Below, in pieces: positions 26,951 to 37,342 of a DNA stretch of 64,000 nucleotides (the first letter of the stretch is position 1; each line of letters opens with the position of its first letter). The position numbers and the translations under genes are program-made. Location of the stretch: NCBI GenBank assembly GCA_040390125.1, contig JAZJYZ010000001.1, positions 570,396 through 634,395 of the forward strand. The letters are read 5' to 3'. Origin of the DNA: Patescibacteria group bacterium. Lineage in GTDB: Bacteria; Patescibacteriota; Minisyncoccia; Phycocordibacterales; Phycocordibacteraceae. Under the pieces are notes generated by a model. The model did not search any database and was not told the DNA's origin. It saw nothing but the letters and a program-made list of their open reading frames with translations.

Positions 26951-28672
26951 CTACTTTGTCATTTCCGGTCTTTCGGCAACCACGAAACGGAGCACCTCTC
27001 CCATTACTGAAGGTGCTCCTTGAAGAGTACCTGCTTTCGCACGCTCCATCACAACTGCAAACGCATACTTTGGATTCTCATACGGGAAAAACCCTACAAC
27101 GAGAGAATTTGTAAATTCTTTATGTGCACCAATTTCAGCGGTGCCCGTCTTTGCACCAGCGTGCACCCCGGGAACTGCGAGTGCTTGCGCAATACCTTCC
27201 GTCACTGCCAGTCGCATACCCTCCCGCACCACACGAAGATTGTCCGCACTCACTGCAACTCTTTCATGTAATCCTGTTTTTCCTGCTTCTATGACGGGAG
27301 TTACGAGCGTGCCCCCGTTTGCAATAGATGCAATTGAATGGACTAACTGCATGGGCGTAACTTGAAAACCGTATTGCCCAATCGCCGTGTGGTACGTGTT
27401 TCCAAGAAACCACCGCTCTCCATCAAACATGTTTGCCTTCCATTCCGGATTTGGAATTGTACCGAACTCTTCGCCAGCTATGGGTGCACCTGTCTCCTTT
27501 CCAAAACCAAACATGCGCATATACTTTTCAATTGCCGCAATTCCTAAGCCCGGCTGATCTTTGTAGCCCCCTCCTACTGCATAGAAATAAACATCAGAAG
27601 AAACTGCAATGGCATGCCTCACATCAGTCCAACCGTTCGCTCTCCAGTCTTTGAAGATGGTAGGTTTAGTAGGATCATAGGGATTAGGAATCGAAATGGA
27701 GCCAGTCGATAAAATTTGTTTATCAGGTGTGATAATTCGCTCTTGCAGGGCTGCGCTTGCTACGAACGGCTTCACAACGGAGCCTGGGGTATAAAGCCCA
27801 GAAACTGCCCTATCAAGAAATGGGGAACGGTCACTCGTTAAAAATTTTGCAACAGATTCTTTAGGGGTACCGCTCGACATCACTTCAGGATCAAACGATG
27901 GATAACTTACTACTGCAAGAAGTTCGCCAGTCTCTATATCCATAATCACACCAGACCCTCCACGCCAACCCGACTCCTCTGATCTATTGGCTATTGCCCC
28001 ATACAATGCTTCTTGTATTCCAGCATCAAGCGAAAGATGAATATCGGCTCCTGCTTCAGCAACACGCACCATGCTTCCTGACACTGTGTCCCCTTGTGCA
28101 TTGGTCTCTGCAATTTGAAGCCCGTTAGTACCTGCGAGTGCCGTGTTGTATAGAGATTCAATACCAATGACGCCTTCAGTTTGCTCTTGATACCAGTAGC
28201 CATTTTGATCGGCTTTCGGATACGAAACATATCCAACTACAATTGCACCAGCAGAACCCAGAGGGTAGTCTCGTGTCGTAAAAGCACTCTGCTCGTTTTC
28301 CTTGCTATCCACCGTCGAAGAAGCTACGGGGAGCATGTGCAGTGTATTTGATGCAAGTACCACACCATTCCGATCCGTAATAAGCCCACGATCAGCAATA
28401 ATAATTGAGTGTGCAAGCCGGTTTGCTTCAGCACGGGCTACGAGAGGAGCATACTGCATAACCTGCAAATTAATTAATGCCCCCGCAAAGATAATACCTA
28501 CCAGTACAACGAGTGCAAAAAACCCACGGAAGGCATTAGCGCCTACCGGTCTTTCAATTCTTCCTTCCAAACGTGAAGTGTCGAATGCAGGCAAGTTTGC
28601 AGAATCAATAAGGATTTCGTCTGGTTCGATTTCTTGATAGCGACGTCTACGATTGAAAAAGGCACGATGCAT
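26951..28672 (-). CDS. mrdA: Penicillin-binding protein 2
   Basis: PGSVVK, SSD, KTGTAE; downstream of mreBC. Confidence 0.9.
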   Translation of the reverse strand: MHRAFFNRRRRYQEIEPDEILIDSANLPAFDTSRLEGRIERPVGANAFRGFFALVVLVGIIFAGALINLQVMQYAPLVARAEANRLAHSIIIADRGLITDRNGVVLASNTLHMLPVASSTVDSKENEQSAFTTRDYPLGSAGAIVVGYVSYPKADQNGYWYQEQTEGVIGIESLYNTALAGTNGLQIAETNAQGDTVSGSMVRVAEAGADIHLSLDAGIQEALYGAIANRSEESGWRGGSGVIMDIETGELLAVVSYPSFDPEVMSSGTPKESVAKFLTSDRSPFLDRAVSGLYTPGSVVKPFVASAALQERIITPDKQILSTGSISIPNPYDPTKPTIFKDWRANGWTDVRHAIAVSSDVYFYAVGGGYKDQPGLGIAAIEKYMRMFGFGKETGAPIAGEEFGTIPNPEWKANMFDGERWFLGNTYHTAIGQYGFQVTPMQLVHSIASIANGGTLVTPVIEAGKTGLHERVAVSADNLRVVREGMRLAVTEGIAQALAVPGVHAGAKTGTAEIGAHKEFTNSLVVGFFPYENPKYAFAVVMERAKAGTLQGAPSVMGEVLRFVVAERPEMTK

Positions 28673-28738
28673 AGATACTACTATACGTACGAAAGGGGTG
28701 AATGAAAACCCTACTTTAGACAGGTTCTTAGATGAGTT

Positions 28739-28996
28739 CTATTCCGAGAGCGTTCGGTGCAGATACCATGACAAACCTACAAGAATTAAAAAAAGCGCTG
28801 TATAGAGATACTGGAATCCCCAAAGCGGTGCCATGGGCGCACCAAACAAAACATCCATTAGTACACCACCAAGAATAAGAGTGATGTACGCTTGGAAAAG
28901 ACCAATAAGAACGATGCCAATGAGTACCGTGAGCCACCAATTCGCTACAACAGCGCTCATGAGAAATGCGACCGTAAGGCAAAGACGTAGAGTCAC
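28739..28996 (-). CDS. Small membrane protein in the MreD position
   Basis: Hydrophobic 85 aa, overlaps the mreC stop. Confidence 0.7.
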   Translation of the reverse strand: MTLRLCLTVAFLMSAVVANWWLTVLIGIVLIGLFQAYITLILGGVLMDVLFGAPMAPLWGFQYLYTALFLILVGLSWYLHRTLSE

Positions 28997-29754
28997 GGGG
29001 TCGAAATAATTCGAATAAAATCAAGTTCCGCAAAAGAAAATGGCAATGCAACCCGAACTTTTTGCGACACGTCACGTGCCTCAAAAGCAACACTCTGAAC
29101 AGTACCTAAAATTAAGGATTCAGTTCCGGGGAACCGCACAACATCGCCAACTACCACTTCCACACCCTGTGGCACAGAGAGTTCAAATGCACCACCACCC
29201 AAACCCTTCGCCACTGCGACCGCAGAAGGCTCGCCTAAAATAACATCTGCCGAGACACCTGCACTCGAAAACAAACTCACTACTGCGGTTGTAGTGTCTG
29301 CCGTGATTACACGCCCTAAAGCGACTCCTTCATACACCGCCATATCATTTTGATGTACTCCACTATCCTGCCCTATATCGATAATAAGCGTATCGTAATT
29401 AGTTTGAGGAGGTCGTGCGATAACACGACCCGTGCTCCCTGAAGAAACTGCTCGAGCTCCTACAGATTTTCTTAAGTTTTCATTTTCACGAACAAGAAGA
29501 CTGTACAGTAGTGATTGATAGGCAATGCGATTCAAATCGGCATCCGCAACACTCAAACGTGCGATGAGTGCATCTTTTGAAAGTGCACTGTACTCTCCAC
29601 TCGTTACACGAGGCGCTACTATAGTTTCAAAAATTCCCCGAGCGTATGAGCCAATATTCGAACCGAAAAAAAATAGAAGGACTAAACATCCAAGCGCAAA
29701 AGCGCCTAGAAGTAGACGAAGAAACCAATTAGAATCCTGCGAGCGCCCCATCAT
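28993..29754 (-). CDS. mreC: Rod shape-determining protein MreC
   Basis: TM, coiled coil ENENLR, TLIIDIGQDSGV; follows mreB. Confidence 0.88.
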   Translation of the reverse strand: MMGRSQDSNWFLRLLLGAFALGCLVLLFFFGSNIGSYARGIFETIVAPRVTSGEYSALSKDALIARLSVADADLNRIAYQSLLYSLLVRENENLRKSVGARAVSSGSTGRVIARPPQTNYDTLIIDIGQDSGVHQNDMAVYEGVALGRVITADTTTAVVSLFSSAGVSADVILGEPSAVAVAKGLGGGAFELSVPQGVEVVVGDVVRFPGTESLILGTVQSVAFEARDVSQKVRVALPFSFAELDFIRIISTP

Positions 29755-30790
29755 CGTCGTCTACTAATACTGAGCGATATTTTGCAACGTCTTCAAGAAC
29801 AATTCCGGTACCTCGAACCACAGTAGTCAGTGGGTCGTCTACGACATGAATCGGTACTTTAAGCTCGGCCGCTAACAATTCAGGGAGTCCACGCAAAAGC
29901 GCCCCTCCACCGGTAAGAAAAATACCAAGACGCATAACATCCGAAACGACTTCAGGAGGTGCCGTTTCAATAACCTCTTTTATAGCTTCAACAATAGAAG
30001 AAACTGACGAACCAATTGCCTCACGTATGTCTGCATCTGTAATGACAATTTCACGAGGCAACCCCGTAACGAGGTCACGCCCACGAATGTGTGTCTCTAA
30101 CGCCACAGGAAGTTTAAGTGCAGAGCCTACTGCAACCTTGACGTCCTCAGCCGTTCGCTCGCCTATCAGTATTTTAAATTCACTGCGTATATAGCTTGCA
30201 ATGTCATCATTCAACACATCTCCTGCAATACGAATATTCTTTGCACGCACAATGCCACCCAAAGACATCAACGCAATGTCGGTTGTACCTCCTCCAATAT
30301 CAACGAGCATGCTTCCAACGGCACTCTCAACTGGAAGCCGTGCTCCCAAAGCTGCCGCCATTGGCTCTTCAATAATGAACACTTCACGTGCACCCGCATT
30401 CCTCGCAGCGTCTCGGACAGCACGAATCTCTACATTCGTAATGCCTGATGGCACACCAATGACCACTCGAGGCCCCAGTGGCATGCGTTCCGTGTGCGCC
30501 TTCTGCAAAAGATATGTGAGCATTTCTTCAGTCACTTCGAAATCAGAAATTACACCTTCAACGAGAGGCCGAACAGCAACAATGTGCGTCGGTGTTCTGC
30601 CTATCATGTCTCTTGCCGCTGCACCGACCGCAACTACCTGCCCCGTTTTTTGATTCAACGCAACAACCGATGGTTCGGTAATAACAATGCCCTTGCCTTT
30701 AAGATAGACGAGGGTGTTGGCGGTGCCGAGATCGATGCCAATGTCCTTCGAGAACCGTTCAGTTATTTTTCGAGGGATTCTAAAAGCCAT
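29729..30790 (-). CDS. mreB: Rod shape-determining protein MreB
   Basis: IGIDLGTANT, EEPMAAA, DIGGGTT, TGGGALL. Confidence 0.96.
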   Translation of the reverse strand: MAFRIPRKITERFSKDIGIDLGTANTLVYLKGKGIVITEPSVVALNQKTGQVVAVGAAARDMIGRTPTHIVAVRPLVEGVISDFEVTEEMLTYLLQKAHTERMPLGPRVVIGVPSGITNVEIRAVRDAARNAGAREVFIIEEPMAAALGARLPVESAVGSMLVDIGGGTTDIALMSLGGIVRAKNIRIAGDVLNDDIASYIRSEFKILIGERTAEDVKVAVGSALKLPVALETHIRGRDLVTGLPREIVITDADIREAIGSSVSSIVEAIKEVIETAPPEVVSDVMRLGIFLTGGGALLRGLPELLAAELKVPIHVVDDPLTTVVRGTGIVLEDVAKYRSVLVDDDDGALAGF

Positions 30791-32033
30791 ACTCTCCGGT
30801 TAAAAGTGCATCCGTTGTAATCATATTGACTTTTCCATCGGTGCGTCTGGTAATTTCTACTGCATCTGGAGTTGCGCTCTTCCCAATGACCACACGATAC
30901 GGAATTCCTAAGAGCTCTGAATCTGCAAACTTCTCACCTGCACGCACATCCCTCTCGTCATACAAGACTTCCACGCCCGCTTTCAATAAATCCATATAGA
31001 GAGAGTCCGCAAACGCTCGTACCTCTGCGTTACCCTGAGAAAGCTCAATGAGGTGAATCTTAAATGGAGCAATTGATTCCGGCCATACAATTCCTTTTGC
31101 ATCCGAAAGAACTTCCACCACGGTACCCATGAGCCGTGTAATGCCAATACCGTACGAGCCCATAACTACGGGTTTTTCAACTCCGTCTTCATCCTTGAAC
31201 GAAAGACCGAGGGGTACTGAGTAGCGAGTGCCGAGTTTAAAAATATTTCCGACCTCTATTGATTTCTTTTCAACCAATACGTTTCGATCAAGACTGAGCT
31301 CTTGCAACACCTCGTCCGTGAACACCTCTTTATTCACGGCTATCTTTTTCTCCATGTCGATATAAATAGTGTCCTCACCAACGTCTGAAACAGTTTGAAA
31401 TTCGTGACTCCATTTGCTGAATACTCCGCCCGTTGCAAAGGTAAGGTACGTTGAGTCCCCAATACCTACACGGCGATATACGTTTTCATACGCAACACCT
31501 ATATCGGTATAAAACTGATTCAAATCTTCTTCTGTGCGGGAAAAGGAGTAGAGATCTTTCATAAGAAATTCCCTGCCCCGCATGATGCCACCTTTCGCAC
31601 GAAGTTCGTTGCGGAATTTTGATTGAATGTGGTAGGTGTAAAGTGGCAAGTCACGATACGAGTGAACGTGATTTGTCATGATTCTCGTCCACGGTTCTTC
31701 ATGACTAAATGAAAGACCGAGTGCAGTGCCATTTGAAAGTTCAGTCTTTAACCACGCATCCACATTGTCTTCACTCCATCTATCTGTTTTTTTCCAAATT
31801 TCAGGATCCTGCAACACTGACACCAAGCCTTCTTGGGCCCCGAGTGCATTCATTTCTTCGCGAACAATATTGGAAATCTTATTGAGCACACGAAGTCCAA
31901 GCGGAAGAAAACTGTACACACCAGCAACCTCTTTATGGATATAACCTCCTCGAATGAGAAGCTCAGCGTTCCTAGACACTTCGTCCTTCGGGGCGTCTTT
32001 ACGGGTTTTGGTGAATAGATGTGATTGTTTCAT
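30780..32033 (-). CDS. proS: Proline-tRNA ligase (short form, no editing domain)
   Basis: FRNELRAKGGIMRGREFLMKDLYSF, IEVGNIFKLG, MGSYGIG. Confidence 0.96.
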   Translation of the reverse strand: MKQSHLFTKTRKDAPKDEVSRNAELLIRGGYIHKEVAGVYSFLPLGLRVLNKISNIVREEMNALGAQEGLVSVLQDPEIWKKTDRWSEDNVDAWLKTELSNGTALGLSFSHEEPWTRIMTNHVHSYRDLPLYTYHIQSKFRNELRAKGGIMRGREFLMKDLYSFSRTEEDLNQFYTDIGVAYENVYRRVGIGDSTYLTFATGGVFSKWSHEFQTVSDVGEDTIYIDMEKKIAVNKEVFTDEVLQELSLDRNVLVEKKSIEVGNIFKLGTRYSVPLGLSFKDEDGVEKPVVMGSYGIGITRLMGTVVEVLSDAKGIVWPESIAPFKIHLIELSQGNAEVRAFADSLYMDLLKAGVEVLYDERDVRAGEKFADSELLGIPYRVVIGKSATPDAVEITRRTDGKVNMITTDALLTGEYGF

Positions 32034-32111
32034 TTCACCTCACAGTATAGCTAATAAAGCCTTACTCCAAAACTAGCGTTTTGAAGAGCTGATGTAGGGG
32101 TTATAAGATAC

Positions 32112-33173
32112 TCAGCCAATAAAGAGGTAGTCGTAATGCACAAGGGCACGTCCGCCTTTTTTGCCCAGAAATTCGGTTGCACTTACAGCATCATATTGAG
32201 CAATGCCGGCGCCGATTTTCTTTTTTGCTCGATTTCTGATTTCAATAACATCACCTTTTTTGAAGTCGCCTTCGACTTTTGTAATGCCCACAGGAAGCAA
32301 ACTGGCAAACTCACCCGACATAAGCACTTCCTCCGCACGTTCGTCCACGTACACAGCACCCGCCCCGAGCCCTTCGGAATTAGATAAACGACGTTTGATT
32401 GCAGAAATTTTACGGTCAGGAATAAACCGGGTACCAAAAACACGCCCCTCGGCTATATCAATGACGACATTCTTTTTCTTGCCGTTTGCCACAAACACTT
32501 CAATCCCTTGTGTCATCAACCTTCTGGCTATTTCAAATTTTCTTTTCATTCCTCCCCTACCCCCTTGAGATTTCGCATCCGTGATGTGAAGCGCAAGTGA
32601 CTCTGCAGTTTCAAGAGTAACTTCCGGTATAACTGGGCCGTCAATCCCCGTCCCCTCAAGAATGCCGTCAACGCTCGAAAGCATGATAACGAGGTCGGCA
32701 TTTATTTGGGATGCCACAAGACCCGCAAGCTCGTCGTTATCGCTGAAAGAAAGTTCGTGATGTGCAATAACATCATTTTCGTTGACGATAGGCACGATGG
32801 ATTCCCGAAGGAGATTTTCAAAGCACGCTTTCATGCTGGCGTAGTGATTTCTATCTCTAAAATCCCCCTTGGTGACTAACACCTGTGCCGAAGCGTATCC
32901 ATGTTCTGCAAAAAGCTTGGCATAGAGAGACATCAAACCCACCTGCCCCACGGAGGCATACACTTGTCTATTGGTTGAATCTTCAGAACCGCCCAAATTG
33001 GAAACGATACTTCGCCCAACTGCTACAGCTCCAGACGTTACAACAACTGTATCAACTCCACGTTCACGTAACCCAATGACCTGCTGTACGAGATCACGCA
33101 CCACTCCCTCCACAAGATTGCCTGCATCGGTGATGACACCAGTTCCTATTTTTATAACAATTCTTTTATACAT
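32112..33173 (-). CDS. proB: Glutamate 5-kinase
   Basis: IVIKIGT, TSGAV, PIVNEND, DNDELA, PUA domain. Confidence 0.95.
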   Translation of the reverse strand: MYKRIVIKIGTGVITDAGNLVEGVVRDLVQQVIGLRERGVDTVVVTSGAVAVGRSIVSNLGGSEDSTNRQVYASVGQVGLMSLYAKLFAEHGYASAQVLVTKGDFRDRNHYASMKACFENLLRESIVPIVNENDVIAHHELSFSDNDELAGLVASQINADLVIMLSSVDGILEGTGIDGPVIPEVTLETAESLALHITDAKSQGGRGGMKRKFEIARRLMTQGIEVFVANGKKKNVVIDIAEGRVFGTRFIPDRKISAIKRRLSNSEGLGAGAVYVDERAEEVLMSGEFASLLPVGITKVEGDFKKGDVIEIRNRAKKKIGAGIAQYDAVSATEFLGKKGGRALVHYDYLFIG

Positions 33174-33190
33174 ACTGTTCTGATCTAAAT

Positions 33191-34015
33191 TTATGCCTTT
33201 CGTGTTTTTTTAATTTTTAGGTGTCCCTGTTTGAGGGCTCGCACAAAACCTTGATGCACACCGGAGCGCTTCAAGCTTGTAAGTATTGCTTCGGTAATGC
33301 CCCCTTTTGTTGCAACTGATTCCATTAATTGCTGAGGCGACATGCGAGATGCTTCCAAGTAGGCGCTCGTGCCTTTAAAGGTGTGTGTTGCCAAAGCAGT
33401 AGCGGTATCTTTTGAAAGCCCTAGGGTCTGCCCAGCGGTTAGAACAGCTTCAATTGCATACGCAACTACTGCAGGTCCAGAACCAGAAACAACGGTGAGA
33501 ATCTCAAGTTCAGATTCTTTCTGTACCTCAAGCACAAACCCTAGGCCTTGGAGTACGTACTTCAACTGAGAAAGGTCTCTCACTGAAATCCTACTCCCAA
33601 ACAATCCAATGACTCCTTGATTCTCTGCAATAGGAATGTTGGGCATGATTCGAGCAAAAGAAACACTCGAGCTTTTAGTTTCTTGTCTCAAATCTTCTAT
33701 GGTCACTCCCGCAGCAAGAGAAATGATGAGTCGTTTTTTGCTTGCATCTTTTATCTCTTTCAATACCGTGCCAATGCTCCCTGGCTTCACGGCAAGAAAT
33801 ACCCATTCTGCATGTGCTGTAGCTAGAACATTGTCGGCGGTAACAGTAATGCCAAGTTTTTTGAGATGAGCAATGTGTTGTACCTGTGAGTCGCTTACCG
33901 TCAATTGAGACGGACGCACTCGAGCACTTCGCACAAGCCCGAGAGCTAATGCACTCCCAATGTGTCCTCCACCAATAATGGCTATTTTTTTATCAACGGA
34001 TCTGACCTTTTCCAT
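33191..34015 (-). CDS. proC: Pyrroline-5-carboxylate reductase
   Basis: IGGGHIG, LAVKP, RIMPN, SGSGPA, VATKGGIT. Confidence 0.95.
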   Translation of the reverse strand: MEKVRSVDKKIAIIGGGHIGSALALGLVRSARVRPSQLTVSDSQVQHIAHLKKLGITVTADNVLATAHAEWVFLAVKPGSIGTVLKEIKDASKKRLIISLAAGVTIEDLRQETKSSSVSFARIMPNIPIAENQGVIGLFGSRISVRDLSQLKYVLQGLGFVLEVQKESELEILTVVSGSGPAVVAYAIEAVLTAGQTLGLSKDTATALATHTFKGTSAYLEASRMSPQQLMESVATKGGITEAILTSLKRSGVHQGFVRALKQGHLKIKKTRKA

Positions 34016-35225
34016 ACACTTCCCATTTATAGGTTGTTAATTCTTTTAAGCCGACCGGCCCTCGTGCGTGCAACTTCGAGGTCGAAATACCCATTTCGGC
34101 TCCAAAGCCAAACACGTAACCGTCATGAAGTCGTGGCGAACAATTGATGAAAATTGCAGCAGCATCGACTGCGTTCACAAACGCACGCTGAACTGTTTTA
34201 TTTTTTGCAATAATTCCTTCAGAGTGACGCTTCGTGTGTGCGTTCACAAAAACACCCGCTTCCACCACATCGCTCACCACTTTTATGGTAACGGAGAGTC
34301 CAAGAAATTCTGTATCCCAATCACTGGCGGTCGCACGCTTTGTGCCCGCAAGCGTATGCGACGCATCGTCCCCAAGCACCGTAACACCATTTTTCTCAAG
34401 AGCACGGACGATGTGCGGCACAAATTTTTGAGCAATGTTCTTATGTACAAGAATAGTGTCTAAAGAATTACATGCTGAGGGTTTGGTAATTTTTGCATTG
34501 ATGAGTATCTTCTCTGCCATATGAAGGTCTGCACTCTTGTCTACATAGATTCTTGCACCTCCCGCCGCATGAGCGAGCACCGGAATCGTTGAAGCATTCA
34601 TGACGGCTTTCACCATCTGGTATCCACCTCGAGCAATCACCAAATCAATAAAATCATTTTGTGTTAAGAGATCATTCGTTACCGCACGCTCCGAAGAGGA
34701 GATGAAATGCACAGATTCTTCAGGAAGTTTCGATTTTTTCAACGCAATACGAATGCACTCATAGAGCACTTGGTTTGTAGAAAGTGCTTCAGAGCCACCT
34801 TTAAGAATGACTGCGTTCCCAGACTTCACGGCTAACGTAGCGACGTCTATAGTTACTTCCGGCCTGGCTTCGTAAATAACCATTAAGACCCCCAAAGAGG
34901 TACGAACTTTTTTAAAGAGTACTCCACCTGCTCCCTTTCTTTGTTCTATTGTTTCACCGAGACCACTCTTCAACTTCTCTACGTCACGAATTTTTTCCAC
35001 TAGATGCCGTACGCCCTTTTCATCCAGAGTAAGCCGTTCAATGAATGCAGAAGAAAGAGCATTACTGCGAGCACGAGCAAGATCTTTTTCGTTTGCTAGC
35101 AAAATCTTTTTTGTATTTTTCTTCACTGCCACAGACAAGTAGCGCAAAAACCTATTGCGCTCAGCTTCGCTTGCACCAGCAAGAGTCAGAGATGATTCAC
35201 GTATTTTTTTGAGATTGTTTTTCAT
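33993..35225 (-). CDS. proA: Gamma-glutamyl phosphate reductase
   Basis: IYEARPEV, ILKGGSEA, PSACNSLD, GAEMGISTSKLHARGPVG. Confidence 0.96.
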   Translation of the reverse strand: MKNNLKKIRESSLTLAGASEAERNRFLRYLSVAVKKNTKKILLANEKDLARARSNALSSAFIERLTLDEKGVRHLVEKIRDVEKLKSGLGETIEQRKGAGGVLFKKVRTSLGVLMVIYEARPEVTIDVATLAVKSGNAVILKGGSEALSTNQVLYECIRIALKKSKLPEESVHFISSSERAVTNDLLTQNDFIDLVIARGGYQMVKAVMNASTIPVLAHAAGGARIYVDKSADLHMAEKILINAKITKPSACNSLDTILVHKNIAQKFVPHIVRALEKNGVTVLGDDASHTLAGTKRATASDWDTEFLGLSVTIKVVSDVVEAGVFVNAHTKRHSEGIIAKNKTVQRAFVNAVDAAAIFINCSPRLHDGYVFGFGAEMGISTSKLHARGPVGLKELTTYKWEVYGKGQIR

Positions 35226-35261
35226 AGCGATTTCTTTAGAATAACACCATTATCTTGGGAC

Positions 35262-35490
35262 AAAATAAATGCCCCTATCTCCGAACGGAGGCAGGGGCGA
35301 GGAATATCAGGGTACCTTGATCCCTTCGGATCCGATGAGGCATCGCCTTTTTTTGTTCTCCGCGCTCCTGTCTTCCGACTGACACGCTTTAGGAGTTTTT
35401 CACGGTTTCCTTTTCCGTCACACTTATATCCTCGAGGGAATTTCGTGTGCAGCTCGTCTGGCTGGGTACCAAACTCAAACGCTTTTATTC
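35262..35490 (-). promoter_or_regulatory. Structured 5' leader of proACB ending in an intrinsic terminator (candidate riboswitch/attenuator)
   Basis: TTGACA-16-TACGAT promoter (35528-35501), multiple stems, terminator 35262-35298. Confidence 0.6.
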
Positions 35491-35581
35491 AACTCTTTAA
35501 ATCGTAACAAATGATGAAGATTTGTCAAGCGTTAGCAATGCCATCTCTTTGCTCTCACTGCACACAAACAAATAAAAACAA

Positions 35582-36670
35582 TCAACTGACGAGTTTAAAT
35601 ATATCGTGCGCAGTAACAACGAGCATGAGGAGGATGAGAAGCCCAAATCCAGCAATATTGAGCCCGTCAGCAACACGGGCAGGAATCTTGCGTCGAGAAA
35701 TTGTTTCAACAAAAAGAAATGCCAGTCGGCCACCGTCGAGCGCAGGAAACGGAAGTAGGTTCACAATTGCCAAGTTCATTGAAATGAGTGCAGCGAGCGA
35801 GAGAATTGAACCAAGCCCAAACCCCGATGCGTCCCCCACTAAAGAAACAATACCCACGGGTCCCGTAATGGTTGAGATATCAGCAGAGAGTGTAAAAGCT
35901 TGGCCGATGAGTGTTCCTAGTCCAATCAGTATTCCCTTCGTTTCTGTGAAGGTGTCAGTGACTCCTGCAATAAATGCCTTTTCAATAGGTAGTGTTAGTG
36001 TCCCAACGAGCGCAGGTGCAATGCCGATAACGAGCCGTTCTGGATTTTCAGGATCAACACCTTTAATAGGCGTAACAGTAAACTCCGTCTGCACACCGCC
36101 CCGAAGAACTCCTACCGTAAGAGGACCTTCTGCCTCTTTTATGGCAGTGAGGACATCTTCAGGCTTCTCTATCTTTGTTTCAATGCTATTTGAGGAAATA
36201 GAAACAATCTCATCCCCTGCTTTGATACCTGCAGTAAAAGCGGGACTGCCTGCGAGTACCTGCACGGCACGCACATGGGGATTCTGTATATATTCTGCAT
36301 TCTCTGTGCCTCCAACAAGAGCGGGAATACCTACCATGAGAGCGGAAGTAGCGAGTATGAGACCTAAGACAAGATTAGAAAATGGCCCTGCAAACAGAGT
36401 CGCTGCCTGAAGAATTTTTGGGCGTCTTGCAAACGCTCGAGGATCGTCTAACCCAGCATCGTCTTCACCAACAATCTTTACAAATCCACCAAACGGTAAT
36501 GCATTAATTGTGTATTCTGTTTCTCCAATTTTCTTCCCCCACAACTTTGGAGGAAATCCAAGACCGAACTCTGGCACTTTCATACCAGAAAGTTTCGCAA
36601 CAATTAAGTGTCCAAATTCATGCCCAACGATGAGGGCAACAAGCATGATGATGAAAATGAGTATGGACAT
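35582..36670 (-). CDS. rseP: RIP metalloprotease RseP
   Basis: HEFGH, PDZ domain, NLLPFPALDGG. Confidence 0.95.
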   Translation of the reverse strand: MSILIFIIMLVALIVGHEFGHLIVAKLSGMKVPEFGLGFPPKLWGKKIGETEYTINALPFGGFVKIVGEDDAGLDDPRAFARRPKILQAATLFAGPFSNLVLGLILATSALMVGIPALVGGTENAEYIQNPHVRAVQVLAGSPAFTAGIKAGDEIVSISSNSIETKIEKPEDVLTAIKEAEGPLTVGVLRGGVQTEFTVTPIKGVDPENPERLVIGIAPALVGTLTLPIEKAFIAGVTDTFTETKGILIGLGTLIGQAFTLSADISTITGPVGIVSLVGDASGFGLGSILSLAALISMNLAIVNLLPFPALDGGRLAFLFVETISRRKIPARVADGLNIAGFGLLILLMLVVTAHDIFKLVS

Positions 36671-36676
36671 ATGAGT

Positions 36677-36750
36677 AGGTGTCAGGTTACAGGTTCTAGC
36701 TTTCAGCTTGTAATTCTAACCTAGAACCTAGCACCTAGCACCTAAAACCT
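36677..36750. repeat. Inverted heptamer array
   Basis: aggtgtc aggttac aggttct agctttc agctt / aacct agaacct agcacct agcacct aaaacct. Confidence 0.88.
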
Positions 36751-37287
36751 CTAAGAAGCCAACTCGATTTCTTTTTTCTCAGTAGCAACTTCAAGCTTGC
36801 CATTCACCTCGTCTACTATTTTTTGTACTTCGCCTTTTAATCGCTTTGCCTCATCATCGCTCACGTCATCTTTCTCGATGTCCGCAATCGCCTTTGTTCT
36901 AAGTGTTCGAAGTTGAATGCGTGCCTCCTCTAATTTTCCACGCACCAATTTTATAAGCTGATGACGACGCTCTTCAGTGAGCATTGGGAACGACACACGA
37001 ATACCTTTATCATCAGAGCCTGCCGACACTCCTAAGTCCGCAACTACGATAGCCTTCTCAATTGCTTTTACCTGTTCCCTATCCCATGGATTCACATATA
37101 AGGTGCGTGCATCTTCAATGGTGATGTTTGCAACCTGATTCAATTTCATGCGGGAACCGTAGACTTCGATGAAAACACCATCAAGGAGCGTGGGCGTTGC
37201 TCGTCCCGTTCGCAAGGTCGACATTTCTCCCATGAGCCAATCAACTTTCTCGAGTGCTACTTTTTTGAATGCGTTTAGATCGTACAT
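36751..37287 (-). CDS. frr: Ribosome recycling factor
   Basis: LRTGRATP, PMLTEERR. Confidence 0.97.
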   Translation of the reverse strand: MYDLNAFKKVALEKVDWLMGEMSTLRTGRATPTLLDGVFIEVYGSRMKLNQVANITIEDARTLYVNPWDREQVKAIEKAIVVADLGVSAGSDDKGIRVSFPMLTEERRHQLIKLVRGKLEEARIQLRTLRTKAIADIEKDDVSDDEAKRLKGEVQKIVDEVNGKLEVATEKKEIELAS

Positions 37288-37342
37288 CTAGGGCAATTGT
37301 ACCAAACTTTCTGAGAGCGCACAGTGTTAGAATATACATACT

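Noticed and set aside
35262-35490. Proline T-box
   Set aside because: TGGTACC occurs only at the 5' end, with no T-box antiterminator before the terminator; needs a CM search to exclude fully
35511-36410. 299-aa plus-strand ORF
   Set aside because: Antisense shadow of rseP
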